Of a stretch of DNA of 61,726 nt, positions 57,068 through 61,726 are shown piece after piece. The DNA comes from Muribaculaceae bacterium (GTDB taxonomy: Bacteria; Bacteroidota; Bacteroidia; Bacteroidales; Muribaculaceae), in the NCBI GenBank assembly GCA_017453505.1, contig JAFTEU010000070.1, forward strand, positions 1 to 61,726, given 5' to 3'. The translations under genes were made by a program, and so were the position numbers. Each line of letters starts with the position of its first letter. Position 1 is the first letter of the stretch. The notes under the pieces are model-generated. The model saw nothing but the letters and a program-made list of their open reading frames with translations. It did not search any database and was not told where the DNA came from.

Positions 57068-58753
57068 ATGAACAGCCGTGAAGGATGGTACGCACCCGCC
57101 GCCGCGGGGCGCTGGCACGAGCTGGCCTATTGGGGCTTGCTGCTGCTGGCCTGTGCCGTCATGCTGGTGATGAACATGTGGACTCCGTTCAAGGAGGATG
57201 ACATGTCCTTTGCCCTCGTCGCGGGCGGGTCACTGCGTGACATCTGGCAGTCCCAGGTGGATCACTTCATGACCTCCAACGGCCGCTTCTCGGACGTGGT
57301 GGCCACGCTGTTCTGCGCCTTTGTGGGAAAGACGGCCTTCAACGTGTGCAACACGCTGGTGTTCGGCCTGCTGGCCCATCTGGTGGCGACCCTGAGTACC
57401 GGCCGCCGCTCGGTGATGGCATTGGCCATGTTCCTGGCGCTGGTGGGCTGCTGCTGGCCCGTGCCGGGGCAGACGTTGCTCTTTGTCGCCGGCAGCTGCA
57501 ACTACCTGTGGGCGGTGACCGCCACCTTGCTGCTGGTCCGTTACCTGCTGCGCCCGCATGAAGGCGCGCTGGGTCGGGGCCGTGGCTTGCTGCTGTTACT
57601 TGGGGCATTCATCGCCGGCAACTTCAACGAGGCGACCTCCTTTGGCTTCTTCGGCGGCCTGTGCCTGTACTATGCCGTTAACCGCCGTCAGCTTGACCGC
57701 CGTGCCGTGGTGGCGCTGACGGGCTATCTGCTGGGCATCCTGCTCATCGTGGCCTCGCCCGGTGCTTGGCATCGTGCCGCTCAGGGGGGCATCGTGGTCA
57801 ACCTGTCGCTGGCCGAGATGCTGTCGAGCCGCTGGCACATCTTCTTTGAGAAGGCTTGGCGCTATGTCACTCCCTTACTGGCTGTCGCCGTCGGGCTTGT
57901 GGCCCTGATGTGGAAGGGGCCTGGGACACTGCGCCGCCATGTGTGGACGTTTGTCTTGCCGTGCCTGGCTATCGTGCTGTTCGCCCTGGGCGTGCTGCAG
58001 GAGCGGGCCTACACCGCCTTGACCGTCGTGGGCTTCATCATCGTGGCGATGGCGGCTCATTCCCTGCTGGAGCGCCGGCCGTGGCTGCGCGTGGCTGTGG
58101 CCGCCGTGAGTCTGGCGCTGGCTGCCTACACCTTGTCCCATGCCCTGCTGCAGGTGAGGGACTACAAGACCTATGAGGACGCGATCACCACTGCCCTGCG
58201 CGAGGCCCCGCGCGAGGCCATCCTGCGCGAGAGCCGTTATCCGGGCTACAGCCGCTTCATCACGCCGATGCCCTATGTCTCGTCGGGCTACTTCGTGCGG
58301 GAGAACATCTACTGTGCCTACTATGACAAGGACAACGTGCAGTTTGTGAGCGATTCGGTCTATAACCGCTACCACGAGGGCCGGCTGCTGGACGGCGCTG
58401 TCGAGGTGCCTGTCGTGACCGACCGTCCCGACCTCTTCGGCCCGATGTATGCCTTCCCGGGCCAGGACTACGTGGTCATGCTGGTCAAGGGCGGCCGCTT
58501 GCCGTTCTCCTCCCAGCAGGCCCGTTACTACCTGCGTGACGATGCCATGACTGCTGCCGAGGCCGGCTACCGCCACCGCTACGGCCTGGACACCGGCTTC
58601 ACGCCGCATGGCTTCTATCCCCTGCATTACCAGGGCCGTCACCTGCTGGTGTTCGCACCGATGGACAGCACGGTGTCCCACGTCGTCTTCCCCGTGGACG
58701 GCACCTGTGAGCCGCCTGTCGAGTGCACCATCAGCCGCCAACAAGAGAAATAA
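57068..58753 (+). CDS. Polytopic GT-C-like membrane protein (DUF6056-like), paralog 2
   Basis: KEDD, NGR, AGSCNYLWA, NEATS, SPG, YHEGRLLDGA. Confidence 0.7.
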   Translation: MNSREGWYAPAAAGRWHELAYWGLLLLACAVMLVMNMWTPFKEDDMSFALVAGGSLRDIWQSQVDHFMTSNGRFSDVVATLFCAFVGKTAFNVCNTLVFGLLAHLVATLSTGRRSVMALAMFLALVGCCWPVPGQTLLFVAGSCNYLWAVTATLLLVRYLLRPHEGALGRGRGLLLLLGAFIAGNFNEATSFGFFGGLCLYYAVNRRQLDRRAVVALTGYLLGILLIVASPGAWHRAAQGGIVVNLSLAEMLSSRWHIFFEKAWRYVTPLLAVAVGLVALMWKGPGTLRRHVWTFVLPCLAIVLFALGVLQERAYTALTVVGFIIVAMAAHSLLERRPWLRVAVAAVSLALAAYTLSHALLQVRDYKTYEDAITTALREAPREAILRESRYPGYSRFITPMPYVSSGYFVRENIYCAYYDKDNVQFVSDSVYNRYHEGRLLDGAVEVPVVTDRPDLFGPMYAFPGQDYVVMLVKGGRLPFSSQQARYYLRDDAMTAAEAGYRHRYGLDTGFTPHGFYPLHYQGRHLLVFAPMDSTVSHVVFPVDGTCEPPVECTISRQQEK

Positions 58754-58775
58754 CCCCTATTAACGACTGGACTAG

Positions 58776-60476
58776 ATGGGACATACCGACCGCACATCCC
58801 CGACTGGAACCTTGCAGCGCTGGCATGGCGCCGCCTACTGGGCGCTGCTGGCCGTCGCCGTGGCCGTGATGCTGGTGATGAGCCTGCTCACCACCCTCAA
58901 GGAGGATGACATGGCCTATAGCCTCGTCGAGGGGCTGTGGACTCCCGTACAGTCGTTACAGGACGTGCTGCGTTCCTTCCAGACCCACTACAGCCAGACC
59001 AACGGGCGCATTGCCGACCTGCTGGCGATGCTCTACAGCGGCTGGCTGGGCAAGACGGCCTTTGACGTGTGCAACGCGCTGGTCTTCGGCCTGCTGCTGC
59101 ACCTGCTCAGCCTCTTGAGCACGGGTCGCCGCTCGGTCATGGCCGTGGCCTGCTTCCTCGCCGTCGTGGGCACCTGCTATCCCGTGCCCGGCGAGACGAT
59201 GCTGTGGATGGCGGGCAGCTGCAACTACCTGTGGGCCATCACCGCGTCGCTGCTGCTCGTCGCCGTCGCGGGCCGTCGAGGCTGGCAACCAGGATGGCTG
59301 GGCACGGCGCTGCTGGCGCTGGGCGCATTTGTCGCCGGGGCCATGAACGAGGCGACCAGCCTGGGCTTCCTCGTCGGCCTGTGCCTCTACTGGGCCATGA
59401 ACCGCGGGCGTGTCGCCGCGCGTGTGTCGCTGGCCGTGCTGCTGGGCTATGCGGCGGGCGTGGCGCTCATCGTCGGCTCGCCTGGAGCCTGGAGCCGCGC
59501 TGCCGACGGCGGCATCGTCGTCAATCTGCCTGTGGCCGACCTGCTGGCCAGCCGCTGGCACATCTTCCACGAGAAGATGTGGCGCTTCTACCTGCCCGTG
59601 CTGGCCTGTGCCGTGCTGGTGCTGGCGCTGCTGCTGCGGCGGGGTGGGGAAGTGAGGCGTAGCCTGTGGCCGTGGGTGCTGCTGTGCCTGGCGCTCGAGA
59701 TGTTCGCCCTGGGCATCAACCATGAGCGGGCCTATGCTCCGCTGGTGACCGTGTCGTTCATCATCGTGATGGCTGCCGCCGGCCGGCTGCTGTCGCGCTG
59801 GCCGTGGGCGCGTGTGGCGCTGACGCTGGCCGCCCTGGCGTTGAGTGTGTTCACCTTTGCCCGCAGCATCAAGGTGCTGGAGCAGTACAGGGCATTTGAC
59901 CAGGCCGTCACCAGCGAGATCACCGCTGCCCCCGACCAGGCCGTGCTGCTGCAGCGTCAGTTCGAACCCTACAGCCGCTTTGTCAAGCCCGCCAATTACA
60001 TCAGCACCAACTTCTTTGCCCACGAGATTGTCTATCGCACCTACTATGGCAAGAAGAATGTGCAGTTCGTCAGCGACTCGGTCTATGCCCGTTACCACGA
60101 GGGCCGCCTGCTTGACGGGGCGCAGATGGTCATGCCCCAGAGCGACCGCCCCGACCTCGTCGGCCCCGTCTATCTCTTCCCCGACCAGGACTACATGGCC
60201 ATCACGCTCAAGGCCCGCTGGCTGCCCTGCTCGTTCCAGACGGCGCGTTACTACCGCTTCTCGGCCTGCGGCGAGTCGGACGACCCCGACGAGACCGCCC
60301 GCCGCCATCGCTACGGCCTGCCCACCGACTACGACCCGCACGGCTTCTACCCCCTCCTGTACCAGGGCCAGTGCTACCTCATCACCGACGCTCCCTTCGA
60401 CCCCTACGACATGCGCATGACCTTCCCCCTGTCGCTCCCTCCCGACCCCCAGGAAGTCACCCTCCACGGCCTCTAG
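58776..60476 (+). CDS. Polytopic GT-C-like membrane protein (DUF6056-like), paralog 3
   Basis: KEDD, NGR, AGSCNYLWA, NEATS, SPG, YHEGRLLDGA. Confidence 0.7.
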   Translation: MGHTDRTSPTGTLQRWHGAAYWALLAVAVAVMLVMSLLTTLKEDDMAYSLVEGLWTPVQSLQDVLRSFQTHYSQTNGRIADLLAMLYSGWLGKTAFDVCNALVFGLLLHLLSLLSTGRRSVMAVACFLAVVGTCYPVPGETMLWMAGSCNYLWAITASLLLVAVAGRRGWQPGWLGTALLALGAFVAGAMNEATSLGFLVGLCLYWAMNRGRVAARVSLAVLLGYAAGVALIVGSPGAWSRAADGGIVVNLPVADLLASRWHIFHEKMWRFYLPVLACAVLVLALLLRRGGEVRRSLWPWVLLCLALEMFALGINHERAYAPLVTVSFIIVMAAAGRLLSRWPWARVALTLAALALSVFTFARSIKVLEQYRAFDQAVTSEITAAPDQAVLLQRQFEPYSRFVKPANYISTNFFAHEIVYRTYYGKKNVQFVSDSVYARYHEGRLLDGAQMVMPQSDRPDLVGPVYLFPDQDYMAITLKARWLPCSFQTARYYRFSACGESDDPDETARRHRYGLPTDYDPHGFYPLLYQGQCYLITDAPFDPYDMRMTFPLSLPPDPQEVTLHGL

Positions 60477-60489
60477 TCAATAGGTGCCC

Positions 60490-60534
60490 TAAACCGCCAA
60501 AACAATAGGGCTTGCCCTATGTCCTGGCGGTTTA
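60490..60534. terminator. Hairpin between convergent genes
   Basis: TAAACCGCCA...ATAGGGC-TT-GCCCTAT...TGGCGGTTTA. Confidence 0.6.
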
Positions 60535-60556
60535 ATTCATTATTACAAGAATATGA

Positions 60557-61495
60557 TTATTCTATCGGTTCCATGAGTAACATGGTTCCTTTCTCAAAAT
60601 CATCGATATAAGCGAGTATAGCCTTAGCTAGGAATTTCGCTAAATTGACAGGAACAGCATTTCCAATCATTTGTTCCAAATCGGTTTTTGTGCCGACGAA
60701 GTCAAATCCTTTTGGGAAAGTTTGAATGTAACTCCTTTCTAATGTTGTAAGCGGTCTTATGCCCTCTTTAGATTTCACTGGATCGTTAGAGTGTATTTGA
60801 TAACCGCTAGGCATTGGGCGATTAACACCACGAACAGTGGGACTTGGCTCATCGATGCTAAATATACCACGACGCAAATAGCTTCTTGGATGACGATAAT
60901 AATACTCAATACCGAGAGAATCCCCAAAGTAATCTCGCATTGTCATCGGCTTGTGGGCAAGCCCTCTATTTAGGTATGGTAGTAAAAAATCATCCTCGGC
61001 ATTCATTTTTCCAACGAGGAAGAATCTTTTTCGCTTTTGAGGCACGCCACAATAACTGGCATCAAGCACATGCTGGGTCAAGCCATAACCAGCTCTCTTA
61101 AATATTTCACGGGCCTCAACTAATTTTTGCGTTTTCACTATGCGATCAACATTCTCCATAACAAACCATTCGGGCTTGATGATGCTGATTATTTTTGCAT
61201 AATGAGTTGTTAATGTCCCACGCCCCCCATCTTCATTTCTATATCCAGCTGAAGAGAAATCTTGACATGGCGGCCCTCCAATTATCATTGAAGGATTATA
61301 TTGAGATATAACAGGAACACTATCAAGAACATTACTCAAGTCTAAATCTATAGCTGGATGGTCAAAGTTCCGATTGTAAACGTCAAGAGCGGCAGGCCAT
61401 TTGTCAAAGGCAGCAACAATCTCAAATCCAGCTTCCTGGAATCCGAGACTAAGACCGCCACATCCACAAAACAAATCTACTACTCTCATAATCAT
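60557..61495 (-). CDS. C5 DNA cytosine methyltransferase, M.HindV/M.HgiDI-like
   Basis: DLFCGCGG, GGPPCQ, ENV, PQ.R.R, GNAV; target-recognition segment YYRHPRSY.RRGIFSIDEPSPTVRGVNRP as recalled for M.HindV (GRCGYC). Confidence 0.9.
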   Translation of the reverse strand: MIMRVVDLFCGCGGLSLGFQEAGFEIVAAFDKWPAALDVYNRNFDHPAIDLDLSNVLDSVPVISQYNPSMIIGGPPCQDFSSAGYRNEDGGRGTLTTHYAKIISIIKPEWFVMENVDRIVKTQKLVEAREIFKRAGYGLTQHVLDASYCGVPQKRKRFFLVGKMNAEDDFLLPYLNRGLAHKPMTMRDYFGDSLGIEYYYRHPRSYLRRGIFSIDEPSPTVRGVNRPMPSGYQIHSNDPVKSKEGIRPLTTLERSYIQTFPKGFDFVGTKTDLEQMIGNAVPVNLAKFLAKAILAYIDDFEKGTMLLMEPIE

Positions 61496-61589
61496 ATGAA
61501 AATATCGGGACTATTTACTAATACTGCGTCAAATCTGCGCTCTGGACTCAATAAGTCTTGACCGCCTCCAAGAATAATATTCCTAATAT
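61492..61589 (-). pseudogene. C-terminal fragment of probable HindVP-family restriction endonuclease, interrupted by IS
   Basis: IRNIILGGGQDLLSPERRFDAVLVNSPDIFI, ATGA-coupled to the MTase; frame runs into the IS terminus at 61590. Confidence 0.6.
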
Positions 61590-61726
61590 CCTTAAATCCG
61601 CAGCACATTTTTGAAATAACTTTATAACATCCTGGACAACAAAAAGTTGCCCAGGATTTTGCCATGTCAGGGATTTCACCTAATTTAGTGCTGCAATAAA
61701 AACCAGTCAAAAACCACTGACAGACA
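61590..61726 (+). mobile_element. IS1380-family left end (second copy); window ends at the A of the transposase ATG
   Basis: 136/137 identical to the reverse complement of 21-157; TTTG-N19-TAATTTAG promoter at 61658-61688. Confidence 0.8.

Noticed and set aside
51969-60467. Long antisense ORFs (e.g. 51969-53741, 54682-56379, 58956-60467; also 27509-28696, 31962-33071)
   Set aside because: They are shadows of GC3-rich sense genes with no recognisable motifs.
60486-60538. Integron attC site beside the MTase
   Set aside because: Lacks RYYYAAC/GTTRRRY core sites and there is no integrase. It fits a terminator.
61492-61710. 72-aa ORF as a real gene
   Set aside because: It is a chimera of IS reverse-strand sequence and the nuclease C-terminal fragment.
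1-61726. Whole window as a composite transposon
   Set aside because: The cargo is essential housekeeping DNA (dcw, serS, lysS, frr). Two independent IS insertions causing contig breaks is the simpler explanation, and the outer IS ends are not visible.

Overview
Bacteroidales-type chromosomal contig (TAnnTTTG promoters, T9SS PorZ genes, Bacteroidetes-style dcw order). Both ends stop inside the left end of the same IS1380-family element, in inverted orientation. 0.3-26 kb is mostly housekeeping: membrane patatin, argR plus a catalytically degenerate argC, ssb, mannose-1-P guanylyltransferase, Lrp, a dcw cluster lacking mraZ (rsmH-ftsL-ftsI-murE-mraY-murD-ftsW-murG-murC-ftsQ-ftsA-ftsZ), serS, an acyltransferase and lysS. 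26-37.6 kb is envelope/secretion: two porZ paralogs bracketing an MBOAT plus SGNH pair, a two-repeat secreted protein, two DUF4251-like lipoproteins and repeat-rich spacers. 37.8-51.3 kb is a minus-strand block with sbcCD, AlkZ-related, DKNYY, two tandem HTH-HipA modules sharing a 53-bp duplicated promoter/operator, a DNPH1-like hydrolase, a thioesterase and CotH-dockerin. 51.8-60.5 kb has an HTH-S24 repressor, M16 peptidase, a GtrB-like GT2 and three paralogous GT-C-like membrane proteins around frr. The right end holds a HindV-like C5 methyltransferase whose partner nuclease appears IS-interrupted. Best novelty candidates: the ArgR/pseudo-ArgC pair, the repeat-bounded tandem HipBA-like modules, and a MITE family with an optional hairpin module. 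Family assignments come from motif recognition only; no database searches were run.
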